From assembly GCF_009914755.1 (NCBI RefSeq), contig NC_060927.1: DNA of 64,000 nt; one strand, 5' to 3'. The notes under the pieces are model-generated. The model saw nothing but the letters and a program-made list of their open reading frames with translations, did no database searches and had not been told where the DNA came from. This DNA comes from the human T2T-CHM13v2.0 reference genome, Homo sapiens. Positions within the stretch are counted from its first letter, which is position 1. Each line of letters starts with the position of its first letter. A program made the position numbers and the translations under genes. Of this stretch, positions 1 through 15,499 are shown in pieces.

Positions 1-3000
1 ATAGACATTAGTCAAGATATATAGTTGATATGTATGTAAACAGAAAACAAATTAAAAAAAGAACATTTGGAAAATAATCCTGTACCACTGATAGTTTTTA
101 AATTTTATTTGAAGAAAGCTCTTGCCAGTATCTCTGTAGCATATTCTGGGGTAGGGCTTACACCTTGTCTCTGCTGTCAGACACAGCCTGACTCGTTTCA
201 ACTTATAAATGAAGACATTAGCTTAGATGATATCCATGGGGGACTTTAGATGAGTTAGAACCCTGGGAGTGGCAGAATATTTTAATAAAGCCAGTTTCCC
301 TTTTTCTAATCACCATAAATGTATAATTCACCTTTCTATGGGTATGCAGATGATGTACAAGTTCATTTAACTTTTCTGTCAAACTTTCTGGTTATAATCA
401 CAGTATGGATTCATTTCAAATGTAGAACACCTCTTATAAATGTCAATACACGTATGAAGTTTGCTCTTGGAGCTACCATTTAAGCACTTATTAAAAGAAA
501 AAAAACCCTCTCAATTCTCTTCCCCACCATACTTATTGACATTCATGAAGATGAGAGGCTAGCCTAGGAGTACAACCAGGTAGCGCACTCCAGACAGAAA
601 AATTCCAGTGGTTTTGAAGCCAGTGTCTGGGCTGTGCTTAGACTCAAGTCCCACAATCTATATTCCATATTTCTGTTCTTAGAGGTTTGCTTTAACTGAC
701 AAAACAGAAGGGGAAGAAAACAGTTGTCAAGTGCCTGCCTTTTCTCGTGTGTTATTCTGTTTGCTTATCAATTCCAAGCTGCTGAGGGATACCCTAGCCC
801 AGTGGAATGTGGCAACATAGCTTTATATGTGTGCTTGCTGAGGTTAGGCGGGGTTTCTGTTGATAGAACATGGGACATGGTGCAGGGAAACAAGGAGTTT
901 GAGACTCAGAAACAATAATACTTTCTTGTGTGATCTCGGGCAGAGATCTTTTTTTTCTCTAAGTTGGAGAGTGCCAATGATACTAATAACTGCCTTACTG
1001 ACATGGCAGAGTTTTTGTGAGGATAAACTAGGTAATATATGTAAAAGTAAGAATTCAATACGCTCTAATAATATTATAAATCAGCAAAATCCTGTTAGCT
1101 GAGTAAATTATTTTCCATGTCTATTTGGGAGTCCATAGAATCTGAAAGGACTATTTATAATTTGAAATAGTAACTTGATAATGCTACACTATAATGAAAA
1201 AGTTAATGGACTTCTCCTAACAATAGAAATCCAAAGCAAGTCTGGATCTGGTCCATTATAGTTGCAGTTGCAAGACTCCAAGGTACCGTAAGATTGCTAA
1301 TGAATTCACAGACTGTTTTATGTGCTCTAGGATTGACAAATATAGAACCATGTTAGGAAATCTATCCAACCACAGTTATATAATCACAACAAAAAAGATG
1401 ACTTTCAACTTTCAAAGTCTAAGAAAGGATTCAAAATAGAAGACTTTAAGACTGCTGGAATAGTTCAAGCAATTCCAAAACTATATATTTTTACTAATTA
1501 GTACACTGGTTTGTCTGATGAATTATAAATAGGCATCACATATCTTGTTTCCAATTTGGAAAGACTAGAACACTTTGGTGGACTGTTTAGTTCATAAAGG
1601 TATTGGATCATTTCTACTCTTTACTGGGCATGAAACATGATTGCCTGTATCTCTCTATCTCCTATACTGGAAATATGCCCATACTCTGTGTCTCAAGCCA
1701 TTGTTAATGGAAGAGTAATTTGATAATATTGGTTTCAAGTTGCTTAAAAGTTTTTCTCAATCTGCTATAAATGGACTCCCCACTAACCCCTACATTTTCT
1801 TCTTTCTAACTCTCAGATATATATCAAAAGAGACTAAATTAACATTTAAAAGTGATTTGGCCTGAACTCAGTTCAATCTGCTAAATAATGAATTATGGCC
1901 TTTTGGGTCCAAAGATAAAAGCAACTACATGATACTGATGTTTTATGAGACAGGTTGAAATTGATACTAATTCTAGGTAGATGTTATATGTACAAAAAAT
2001 TAATCCTTTAAGTTTAAGATCCTAGTTATTCTTACATAAGCATATGCTATTTATTTAAATTAAACTTTTAAAAGGTTCTCAGAAAGCAGAAGAGGTTTTA
2101 GGTCCTCCACTGAAGCTATTCCTATAAACACTGAATTGAAGAAAGCTCAGAATGGTTTTAGCCTATTAGAATTTATGTTTGAAAATTTAGAATTGGTCGA
2201 ATCTCCACTCCCCTATTAACAATATCACAATATTTTCTTTTAGTCACATATAACCTGTTCAAGTGCAATAAGACAAAAAACCTGATTAACTAGCATTCCC
2301 AATTATTTTTTCCAAAAAATTTCATGTTTAGGAAAAAATGACAAGCAAACCAGCTCGTTTAAAGGATTCTAAAGATTCCAAGTTATGGTCCACAGTCAAT
2401 ATATATTCAGCCCCAACTCTGACAACTATATCTAAGGAAACATCCATTAAGGAAAGATAAGTGGGTAACAGCCCTCAGGCCTGTCATATCCTCATCCTTC
2501 AAAGAAAAAATTAGGTTTAGCATATTGTATTTAGTAATGTAGAATGAAGTATTCACACATGTTAGAAAGACTTGCTAGTAAGAAAAGGTGTTTTGTTCCC
2601 TTTAGTCAGTCTTGAAGAGATGAAAATTTTCAGCTAATTAGAATAGCCAAATGCCTTTGAGTGTTCTCATTAATCAAAATTGTATGGTATTTCTTCTGCT
2701 AGACTTCCAAACACAGAGACTTGCTTTTAATTTCTTATACTTAACAGCTGATTTTCTCAGAATGTTGCCACCAAGGTCATGGAAGGAAGTTATTTCAAAG
2801 GCTTACTTTTCCTTAGGCCATCACAGTTACTTTAGGTATAAATTATATGTCTATGGGTAATTTATTCAATGATATAAAAACATAGACACATTTTCTGGTT
2901 TTGTTTCCATTTATAATAAACTTCTTTAAAGATCTTATTGCAAATTATTTTAAGAGATTTTAAGTTTCAGTAAAAACTTAACCTAATCTGTTGTAGGGCT

Positions 3001-6000
3001 TTTTATATTTAAGTCATCAAGATTTAAAAATTGCAGACATGTTTTTTCTTTTTTTCTCAAGAACTTAAAACAATTTGCTCAGTAGGCTTAGAGTTTGAGC
3101 TTTTCTTTGAAAAGTGAAAATAAAGATGTTTGCATTTTTCCTCATTAAAAGTTGCTTATTTTCTTAGAGAATATTTAATTGGAAATAGAAATGTATTTCT
3201 TGCATTTGGATATTTTAATATCATAGCGTTTTTTGCTACAAGAATAAAACAAAAACTATGTCACAGTAAGCAAAGAAAGTGACTGACAGTTTTTGCAAGA
3301 ACTTAACTTGGATTCGTGTATTACAGAATTCATTGTCTAGCTAGGACTCTTAATTAGTACCATAGAATTTTATTAATTTTTTTCAGCTTAGAGTCTGTGA
3401 ATGTTAATTATTTTATTTTTAAGTTATATCATATCATGTTAACATTTTTATCTCTTTCTCCTTTTCTAAAATGAGCCATGAAATTATATACTTTAGAACT
3501 CTAGGATCTTTTATAAATATGATTTCTCTGTATATGATATTTGTGACTGCACAGGCAAGAGGAAGGACTGATAAAAATACACCAACTGAATTTTTCTTTG
3601 ACTAACAGAGATTGATGTTTTAGATAGCAGACATCTCCTTAGGTGCAAACATGGCTCTTAGAATGTCAGTCTTATTACAGGGTGCCAAAGTTCCACAGAG
3701 GATAGTCCAAACTGTAAGAGTTGCCTGGCATCATGGAATGTTCTTGAGGAAAGGGACTCTTGGAGCCCTTTTCTCTGCTTTGATGTGCAGGCTCTTCTTC
3801 CAACACTTCCTCCCCGACAGCACTACACTAGCCAGCTATACTACACTACTCACCATTACACATTAAGTCTCTAGAGGTCCAAGTTACTGTGCTCTGTCTG
3901 CAGAGGCTGTTTCCTTCACTTGGAATTCCCTTCTCGTCATCTTTACTTGGTGAATTCCATGTATTCTTCTAGATTCAGCACAATCACCACTTTTTTTTAA
4001 TGGAGGTCTACACTATGATTTTCTTAAAGTTGGATATTGGTTCTCATTCTGTTTTGTGTTGCCACAGTCATGTGGGCACAAAGGTGTTAAATGAAGGCTT
4101 ACTGGATGGATGAATGAAGGCATGAATGGATTGATAGGTGATATATCTGCCTAAGACTCTTTGAGGTTTCTTCCAAAGTCAGGTTACAGAATGATAAAAC
4201 CATCTCCTTCCCAAACCTCTCCACCAACATCCGAGGCAAAGACAAGGGATGGTGATGGCTCCTGGCTAAGAATTTAAAGGAGTTCTCCTCAGTGATAATT
4301 TCAAAACTTTTGATCTCTGTAGCTAAAAGAAAGGTTGTTATGAATTTATGGCTCAGCCATGGGACATTTTTATAATTTCTGCAAAGCCTTTGCAGTGATA
4401 GTGAAAATCATATTTACTTTAAATTAAAATATAGTAGCAGTTTAGACAGGGAGAAAGGAAAGAAAGAAGATTGGCTAAAAAAAAATCCTCTACATTATCT
4501 AATTAAATGAAATAATTTAATTTAAACACCTTCTATAAGATGCAGCCTTTTTGCTTGTGATTGAGAATGGAGCCAAGTTTTGCACTCAGATTGACAAGGT
4601 GTGGAATAAGGAGACAAGGAAGTGATTCCTTTGTATGCTTTGCTCAGTGTCATACATATAAAGCCAAGAAAAGCACCTGACACAGAGTAGGTACTCAAAT
4701 ATTTGTTGAATGATTTTTTAAAAATCCACAAAAAACTTTGATATAGCAGAAGCAGGAGCTCAGAACCAGAGAAGTTAGCATCCCCAGAATCCATAGAAAT
4801 CTTGTGAGGCAGTGCTGGGATGGGAGGTTTTGAATTTTACCGTGCAGTAGTGCTTTGAGTCAATCTTGTCTGGATCTGAAGATGTGGGGAGACCTAGCTG
4901 GCATAGAGATTAAATAAAATAAAAGAGAAGAAACTATAACTTTAATCGAACATGCCTTAAGGAAGAACTAGTACATTCGTATTCAGTGATATTGAAACCA
5001 ACACAAATTACCTTAGTGATGAGAGATGTGCAGAAAAGTCACTCAATTTTGAAGATTACTGGAAAAAGTTGAAAATTGCAGTGATGTATTATGTGAAAAT
5101 AGAGTGCTTATGTGTTCTGCCAGGAGGAAGGTAGAGAGCATTTTCTGACTTTCTGAATTAAACAATTTCCTGAACAATCTGAGAAAAAAGGAGGCACAGG
5201 GAGCGTGTTTATAAAGGTCACCCCTGGAGAAGATGGCTGTGTATGAGATGTATTCTCTACTTTGAAGCCTCCAGGAATAGAGCACTTCTTTATTTGGTGT
5301 GTGACAGTGAATATAACAATTTCTGCTTCTAAAGAAACTACTCAGAACTGCAAACTTATTTGAAGAGTGTGATGGTCCAAAGAAGAGATGGGCATCAGAG
5401 CATCCAGTTAATAAAAATAACTACCAAAATAGTATTCAGCATGTTACAAAGTTTCCAGTTGAATCTCACAAACACCTCTTTGAGTGGATACAATTATATC
5501 CTCATTTCACAAAAGAGATACTTGAAGCTCAGAGAGAATAACTTAAATCAAAGCCAGTAGCCTAGTAATAGCAGCAGTAGTAGTAATGGTAGTAGTAATA
5601 ATAATCACTTATTGAGCATCTAAAATATGCCAGGTGTTGTGCCATATACTTCATACATATATATTTTGATAGTACAGTCATGCATTGCTTTATGACAGGG
5701 ATACAGTCTGAGAAAAGCACTATTAAACAATTTGATTGTCGTGTGGACACTATAGAGTGTACTTACCAAAACCCAGATGATATAGCCTCATACACATCTA
5801 AGCTATATGGTATAACCTATTGCTCTTAGACTCCAAACTCATATAGCACGTAACTGTACTGAATACTGTTTGCAATTATAACACAATGGTTAAGCATTTG
5901 TGTATCCAAACATATCTAAATGTAGAAAATGTAGAGTAAAAATATAATATAAAAAATAAAAAAATGGTATACCAATATAGGGTACTTACCATGAATGAAA

Positions 6001-6204
6001 CTTGCAGGATTGCAAGCTGCTCTGGGTGAGTCAATGAGTCTGAAGGCCTGAGACATTACTGTATACTACTGTAGACTTTATAAACACTGTACCCTTAGGC
6101 TGCACTAAATTTATACAAAAAATTTTTCTTTCCTCAATAATTAAATTAAGCTTAGCTTACTGTAACTGCTGTACTTTATAAGTTTTTAAATTAACCACCC
6201 CCCC

Positions 6205-6495
6205 TTTGTTTTTGAGACAGCGTCTCGTTTTGTCACTGAGGCTGGAGTGCAGTGACATGATCTCGGCTCACTGCAACCTCTGCCTCCTAAGTTCAAGTGA
6301 TTCTCCCACCTCAGCCTCCTGAGCGGCTAGGATTACAGGTGCACACCACCACTCCCGGTGAATTTTTGTATTTTTAGTTGAGATGGAGTTTCACCATGTT
6401 GGCCAGGCTGGTCTCGAACTTCTGACCTCAGGTGATCCACCCGCCTCGGCCTCCTAAAGTGCTGGGATTACAGGAGTGAACCACCATGCCCGACC
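6205..6495 (-). mobile_element. Alu (AluS-like) nested in Tigger3
   Basis: Reverse-complement Alu dimer (gctggagtgcagt...gctgggattacagg). Confidence 0.95.
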
Positions 6496-7183
6496 TAAAA
6501 AATCCCTTTTTGATCCTTTTGTAATAACACTTAGCTTAAAATACAAACACATTGTATGGCTGTAAAAAAATATATTTTCTGTGTATCCTTATTCTATAAG
6601 GTTTTTTCTATTTTTAGATTTCTTTCTTTTTCTTTTTTCCTTTTTAAAAATCTTGTTAAAAACTAAGACACAAACACATTCATTAGCCTAGGCCTACACA
6701 GGGTCAGGATCTTCAGTGTCACTCTCTTCCACCTCCACATCTTGTCCCACTGGAAAGTCTTCTGGGGCAATAACATGCATGGATCTGTCATCTATGATAA
6801 AAATGTCTTCTTCGGGAATCCTTCCTTACAGACCTGCCTAAGGCTGTTTTACAGCTAACTTTTTTTTTTTTTAAAAATAAGCTGAAGGAGTATACTCTAA
6901 AATAATGATAAAATGTATAGTTAAGTAAATATATAAACCAGCAACATAGTTGTTTATTATCATGATCAAGTATTATGTGCTGTACATTATTGCAGGTGCT
7001 ATACTTATACATCTGGCAGCACAGTAATTTGTCTTCACCGGCATCACCACAGACAAGGGAGTAATGCATTGGGCTATGACATTAGCACTGCTATGATGTC
7101 ACTAGGTGATAGGAATTTTTCAGTTCCATTAAAATCTCATGGGACCACTGTCGTATATGTGGTCTGTTGTTGACTGAAACGTC

Positions 7184-7485
<302 letters not shown>

Positions 7486-9225
7486 TGAAACGTCTTTATG
7501 TGGAGCATGACTGGACCTAAATTACAACTCTTTGAGGTATATGCTTTCATTATGACCATTTTAAAGATGCAGAAACTGAGACACAGAGAGGTTACCTGGG
7601 AAGAACTAGTAAGTGTTAGAGTGGGGACAAAGTCCAGGGTCTGGCCTCAGGGTCTGTGCTTTTAACTACTATGTTTTATTGCCTCTCATTAGAGCTGGAT
7701 TAGAAGCCAAGTTTGTGCATTCTTGGGCCCATGTTGTCAGCCATGACCCTCTACTATCGCTAGGTTCTACTTGGTGGTACTTCACAATTTCCACTGTCAT
7801 CTATCTTCTCCTTGAGCAAAAGCATACGGATTCCAAGTAGCAAAATCTGGATACATTCATATTTTTATATAGGTCACACATTTGGTGGGTATAGTAAAAT
7901 CCAGGATTTGGGGATAGGTACGTCTGACTTTCAAATTTATGCTCTTTCTTCTAGAAGGCACTGTGATAGCTCTATGTTAAAATAAAATTCTTGAAGACAT
8001 TGTGGCACAGTAGCTTTTTTAAGCGTCACTGAAGTGGCTCATCAGTAAAACTCCCTTTCTACCTCCCTCTGGACCAAGGGGGCAAAAAGCCTAAGTTTCA
8101 GTCCTAGTACTTCCACTTAGAAGGGTGTGGCAAGGTTGCCTTTCTGAGCTTCTCTGTTCTTATCTGTTAAAATGGGAATAATGACACCCATTTCACAGTG
8201 TTGTAGCCAAAGAACCCAGTGCAGGAAGTTAATATTGTGGGCATTTGAGAATCATTAATTTCTTCTTCTTTCTTCTTTTTTTCTTCTTTCTCCCTCATCT
8301 CTCCCTCATCTTGGGCAAGACAGCAAATACCATGAATTTTCAATGGTATAAGTGCTATGCTACAATTGGTGTGTATCTGTGGATACTCCTGTGACACATC
8401 CACAGACAGCAGAGAATAAAAGAAAAGGGTTCTTACGGAATGAAAAGATAAGATTTTTTCAGAGTCCTCAAGTTCTACTCAATTCTCCAATGTACTGTAT
8501 ATCTCAGGCCAGCTTAAGGACAGCTGTGGATTTGGAAGAACATTCCACAGGTTCTAGGGCTTGGTCAAGTACTATTTCATTCTATGCTCTAGTGGCTTCA
8601 CATCTGTACATCCTGGATTGTTTTTTGTGTACATCAGTTATCAGTAAAGTGGAAAAGCAAGGTCAGGGAAGTAACAAGACACTGCCAAACTCTTTATGTG
8701 GGAGATCAAATGGAATCCTTGAAACACTCCAGCAAAGTAGGTTCTAATACTTCCTTTAATAATACTTAAGTTAAAGTGGCAGTGGTGAGATTTGAATCTG
8801 GGTTTGCTTAACTTTGAAGCTGGAGATCTTCCCACTACCACAGCAAGCTGCCTCTCTCTAGGTACTTGATAAGTATGTATGAGCTAAATAGAAATCACTT
8901 TTAGGCTTGTGAAAACCTTTCCCAGACTTACTCCTTGTTAGGGGCTCGTTCTTGCATTTTGGCAAATGACTAGGGGCTCTTTCACAGGCATCGCTGGGTC
9001 ACGCTTGATGGAACTCTGGCTCCATTCTGCTTAGGAATGCAGGGTCAGAGCTTAGTAGAATTTTTTCTTCCCCCTCGAGTAATTCGTCTGCAAATAGGTT
9101 AGGCTGCCATTGGGTCAGCAGTCGATGTGCCTTGAGTAGGTGGTCATGATCTGGACATACAAGCAGGCACTTCCACACTCAACTCTATCTTTGTGGTAAG
9201 AAGAGAAAAACCCAAAACAAATTAA

Positions 9226-9528
<303 letters not shown>

Positions 9529-11967
9529 AACTTTTTAAAGATAGTAGTTAAGTTTAGAAGTGCTTGCCTTTCTTAACTCTGTGCAGAGACACCTGGCAAA
9601 ATGTCCATTAGAAAAACAACAAGAAGGAGGTGTTCCTTCAGGCTCCCTGCTCTCACATTTATTCTCTGGAGGCAAAACCAAGTGGAGTGGAAAGAGGGAG
9701 CCTCACAGTTCTGATCTGAGTGGAACCTCCATTATGTCTGTCTGTCATCTCTCTTCCCAATCAGAACCAGCGTGCTCCCTTCCAGGTGGTTTCTCCTTTC
9801 TTCATCCTGCTCTTTTTAGAGGGAAATATACTCAAGTTTCTTTCTTTCCCTTCTCAATTTCTTCTTGATTGAGTTGGGTTGGGCCTTTTGTAAAATCAAA
9901 TTTGTGTGTAAGCATCCATCCCTCAGCTTTAAGTGAGGATCTGAAACATCTATTTTTGTGATGCAGAGTTTAAATCAGAAGCATTTGAAAAAAATATTTT
10001 ATGTTATGAAGTGGGAAAAGGGATAGGCATTAACAGATAACCTGTTATATAACAGGTTAACAGGTGAACCTTACGTGTTTGATCTCCTCGCAAAAATCTT
10101 ACAAAATAAAGGTATTATCCTGTTCTATTTTAGAAAAAGGAGATCTGTTCAGAGAGGTTAAACTATATTCCCAAGATCACTGGTAGAATACATATCTATT
10201 CTCAAGACACGCCTTAGTAAACTTTTCACATCTTTACAAACTTAAGCTCCATAAGTACAGAAGCCATATTAATTTTGTTCAATATGGAATCCCCATCATC
10301 TAAAAGACTCCTTGGCACTTAATAAATGCTCGGAAAGTATTTTTGAATGAATTTAATTGTACCTTGCTACATAATGGATATAAGTTAACTTTAAAAATTA
10401 ATAAAATAGAAAAAGGAAACACAATGTATACACAGTATAATATATACACAGTATTTTTTACACAGTATAAAATCAAAGGAGAAAACAATGAAGTCCCATT
10501 TTCCTAAGCCCCTTACTACTAACTAGGGACACTGAACCCTAATCAATTACACAGTTTTTTGGTTTTCTTAAGATAGGAAGCAAACCAATTGCTCAAGACA
10601 CATACAGCTCTTCCAGAAATAAATCTTCTAGGAAATTGTACCCTAAAAGGTGGTACTTGGTAACATAATGGATGAAGTCCTAAAAATATCTTTAAGGGAG
10701 GCATGGTAATAAATGGGATTTTTTAGGACTCTAGTCCTAAAAATTTGGACTTTCCACATTGGGTAATGTGGAAAGACACAGTAAGCCAAAAGCATCACAT
10801 CAGCCAAAAGTATCTCTTTCCACATTAGCCAATAGCATGTCACACTAGAGCACAATACAACAAACATCATCATGTAAATCAAACAGGTGCTTAAGGAACT
10901 CGCAGAATGAAGGCTTTTCCTTAAAGAATCAGTCTGCGCAAGTAGTTCCTATCTTTCTGATGCTGGCAACTCACATTTGAACTAAATCACAAATGTATTC
11001 TGTTCAATTATTTGCTTGGAGTTCATCTGAAGTTTTTCGTGTCTAACCTCTTGATCTTTATGACTATTCTTCCAGTACTTTGCAACCTACCAAGTATCAT
11101 CACAAGAGCTATGAAAGTGAAGAGAGACACACGTTATCTAAGAATCTGAGAGAGATGACTCAGTCAGCATCCTCTCTCTTGGTGTACAATGGTAGGGACA
11201 GCTACTGTGTCATCTGGAGCATGACAATGAGAACACAGACACTGGATCGTCCTGATATAGCCTGCAGTCCATCTGGGCCTCTAGACATTCATTTGCATTT
11301 GCATTCATGCGCATCCCCTACTACTCCAACTCCTACACCTTTTGGCAGGATATATCCACACAGCTGGATTGGAATCACAAGATGTTTTTATTTTTTGCCT
11401 CATTAAACTAGTTTCTCTCAAGCAATGTGTGTTTTCTTTATATTCCAGCCCAGAAATCATTTAACAGGAAGAAGGCATCTCAGAGATGTGCTTCAGAAAA
11501 GGCTTATGAATGGGACACAAAAACATATTGCATTCACATAATTATCTCTCCTCTCCTCACCCCCCCACCCCCAACACATAATGTATATTCTGTAAAAAGT
11601 TCTCTCTGGAGCTCACTAGACCGACTTGTAACTGCTGGGATTATGATTTGTTGCTTGTAAGATGATGGATCATGGAGCAGTAAATCAGCCAGTCAACAAA
11701 TATTGCCAAGCACTGTCCCAGGCTGGGGGAATGTGGCAAACAATACAGACAGATGTAATCCTTGTGGAGTTTAGGATTTGGAAGAGATGAGAGATATTAC
11801 GCAAATAATTTCAAGCATGGTAAATGCCATTAAGGAGAAAGCACAAGATGCTACGGGAAGAGACAACAGCAGGATGTAAGATAAACACCTCTTCCTTTAT
11901 TTAAATGTGCCAGGAAGATAGCTTTCTCCTGATTGTCCAGTGCTGTTTTTAGAATTTCACTGCTTCC

Positions 11968-12283
<316 letters not shown>

Positions 12284-12530
12284 TAATTCTCATATCATAT
12301 GTCTGTTTGAAGGACAAAATATTCACTGAAACTATTATAAGCTGTGATCAGAATGTTATTCAACTAATTTAAAAATCTTCATAATTCATGTAGAAAGATC
12401 AGCCTTGCCTTTCATGAAAAAGAATTTCATATTCATTTCATAGAAAATGAATTATTTAATTGGGAATTTTAATATTTTGGATATTTGCTTTAAATTCTCT
12501 GTGAGTCAGTCTGTTCAAAAACCTCAAGTG

Positions 12531-12911
<381 letters not shown>

Positions 12912-12954
12912 TCAAGTTCCTCCAAAGAACACTGGGGAAATTAAAATTGGTAGA

Positions 12955-13142
12955 AGTTTCTCAAAATGCAGCACCTGCATCAGCAGCCTCAGCATCAGCA
13001 TCATAGGGGAACTTGTTAGAAATGCAAATACTTATAGCCCACTCTCAAACAATTAAATTAGAAACTAGGGGTGAAGCTATCAAGCTGTGTTTCAATAACC
13101 CCTTCAAGTGATTCTATGCATGCTAACGTTTGAAAATCACGG
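12955..13142 (+). mobile_element. MER5A-like hAT element
   Basis: cagcatc...gggaacttgttagaaatgcaaat...gtgattct...tttgaaaatcac pattern. Confidence 0.7.
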
Positions 13143-13144
13143 GC

Positions 13145-13370
13145 ATAAGGCTTAAGATCATGGTTTTTAAATCACACAGATCAAAATTGAACTCCTAGCT
13201 TTCCCACTTAGTAGCAGTATGACTATAGATAATTTCTTTATTTCTCTATTTCCTCATCTGTAATATGAGCACAGTAATAACTGTCTAACTTCTAAGTCTG
13301 ACATAAGAACTAGATGAAGCAATGCTTATAAAGTAAGCACAGTAAGTGTTTAAAAAGTATCAGCAGTTAT
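13145..13370 (+). mobile_element. MIR SINE
   Basis: Core tttcctcatctgtaa and MIR-like 3' end. Confidence 0.6.
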
Positions 13371-14184
13371 TTTTAAGAAGTTTTAGCTGAGTTTCATCTA
13401 TGCGACTGGCCTAACGAGAGTTATTGACCTTGTTTACTTGCAGGAAAAAATGGAACTAAATTTGTTTCTAATAAGGTGAAATCATGTTTACGTCGGCAGT
13501 GAATATCAAAACCTACTCAGGCATCAGAGTGAGCAATGTACTTCACAGACTTAGAAAAACCTCAAAACTAAGATATATAATCAAGAGATCTCCTTCAGCT
13601 GCCACACTGGGAACACTGGGTTGAAAAGCCGCTCTCAGACTAGGTTTTCAGGCTTCAGTATCGGGGATAGGTTTGACCTAGACCACTTCTGTGACATTTG
13701 CCTGAGACTTGAGATGAGATTTTGTTGCTTTGCTAGCTCAGCTGATACCTGTCTCCTTAGGGCTCTTTATCTGAACCTTTCCTAAGACACTGATCATCTC
13801 TGCCATGTACTGTAGTTATTTATGGGCATGCCATTACTCCCCAGCTAGATGCCACCTTCTTGGGACGGGGTTCAAAGCAGAGTCATCTTCATAGCTCCCT
13901 CTCTCCTATCATCAATGTCGAGTCCCTGGGAGAGGATTGATGTTTTTGGAATGAATAAACGAGAGAAAGCATGTTTTTAAACCTAAACGCAAAGCTGAAA
14001 TAATTTAATTCATACTCTTACCACGGCAAACACTCACGGTAAGAAGAGAGACAAGCTGTCTTTTCTAAAAGTGAAATTTGATCCTTATCATGACCTAGAA
14101 AGGCAAAGGAAGCAAGTGGATTTCACCTCCTAAATTGGCAAATTGCATGTGCTGTTCTTATTAAGCCCTGAGCCATTTCAGGCC

Positions 14185-14262
14185 AGGACCATGGAAATAT
14201 ACTTACCTGCATTTCCATGATCCTAATAATCTCTTAGGACCATGGAAATATACTTACCTGCA
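14185..14262. repeat. 27-bp direct repeat (period 51) with an internal inverted copy
   Basis: AGGACCATGGAAATATACTTACCTGCA at 14185-14211 and 14236-14262; ATTTCCATGATCCT (14211-14224) is an inverted copy of its 5' half. Confidence 0.95.
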
Positions 14263-14729
14263 AAAAGGATGGCATTTCCTTGCCTCCTTATACCTTAAGT
14301 GTATTAAGAGAGTCAACAGAAATTACATTAATTTTTATATTTTAGGGTATAGAGCAGTATGTTGCACATAAGAGAAAATTTTTTTTGAGCAAATGAATTT
14401 TTAAAAAGTACTGCAAAGCACTTAACTTGGCAAAGTAAGAAGAAAGCAATCAAACAAATATAATAAGATTATTTATTTATCACTTTCATCTTAGATTCTA
14501 GACATTTCAGCTCTCTTTCTTACCCAAGTTGGAAGGCTGTGTGCAGAATCTGAGAGGTAAGAATTAGAAAGTCCTAAGGAGGAAAGAGTTCACATCAGAA
14601 ACTCATCTTCCCTTTCCCAGGGAGGTTGCTCAGAGGCCAGTGGAAGTGCCTTGCTTAAAAAGTTTCTATTGGCAGCACAGTGTGTTTTCAGTAATAATTC
14701 TGGTCATTCTTTAAACTCTGCCTAATGTT

Positions 14730-15190
14730 ATTTTTCTTAATTTAATTTTTTGAATAGGTGTTACATTGATAGCGTTCAAAAATTTTAAAAAGGCATCCAG
14801 TAGAAAATCTTCCTCACGCCCCTACTCCCCATCTGCCTAGCTCACCCGTCCATCATGCCCTATCCATAAACACTGTGGTTAGTTTTTTTTAATGTGTCCT
14901 TCCAGAGTTTCTTTATGTCCATGCAAGTGAGCACAGATACTACACATATTTTTATCCTATCCTTCTAATGACAAGAAGTAACATACTGTACCAATTATTG
15001 CATACTTTGCCTTTATTACTGGATACATCTTAAAGATTTTCCTACATCAGTGCATAAAGAATTTATTTTTGTTATATCTGCATAATAATATTCAGTTATA
15101 AGATTATATTTACTTTATTGATGACAATTTAGATTATTTCCTATTTTGACACAGAATCATTGCTGTAACAAATAATTTTGTGAATAGTGC
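14730..15190 (-). mobile_element. Old L1 (L1ME-like) 3' fragment
   Basis: Degenerate antisense L1M 3' sequence (tgtgtccttccagag...catactgtac...gacaatttagattatttcc). Confidence 0.5.
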
Positions 15191-15499
15191 TACATATTAT
15201 GAAGGAACAGTTTTAACTCGCTATCTCTAAATTTAGGAAAATTAACTTGATATTAGGCAAAACAAAGAAAAATGATACCAATATTCTATGCCAGTATTAA
15301 TGTTTCAATTACTTGATTTAATTATTCTAATATTCTGCCCAAATCTTCTTATTCACATACTTAATATACCACAACATACAAGTGCAGGTAAAATTATTGG
15401 AGAAAATGTCAGCATCACAAGGTTTCTGATGGACCATATTGAAAATTGTTTTCTCTCTGTGGTCTACTCTGTGTGCTATTTACTCCACACATGGCTTTA

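Noticed and set aside
14199-14262. U1 snRNA pseudogene (ATACTTACCTG twice, CCATGATC nearby)
   Set aside because: Similarity does not extend into the U1 body or Sm site; better read as perfect 5' splice sites on the minus strand.
14185-14262. CRISPR-like repeat-spacer-repeat
   Set aside because: Only two copies in mammalian intronic DNA, the spacer is partly an inverted copy of the repeat, and there are no cas genes.
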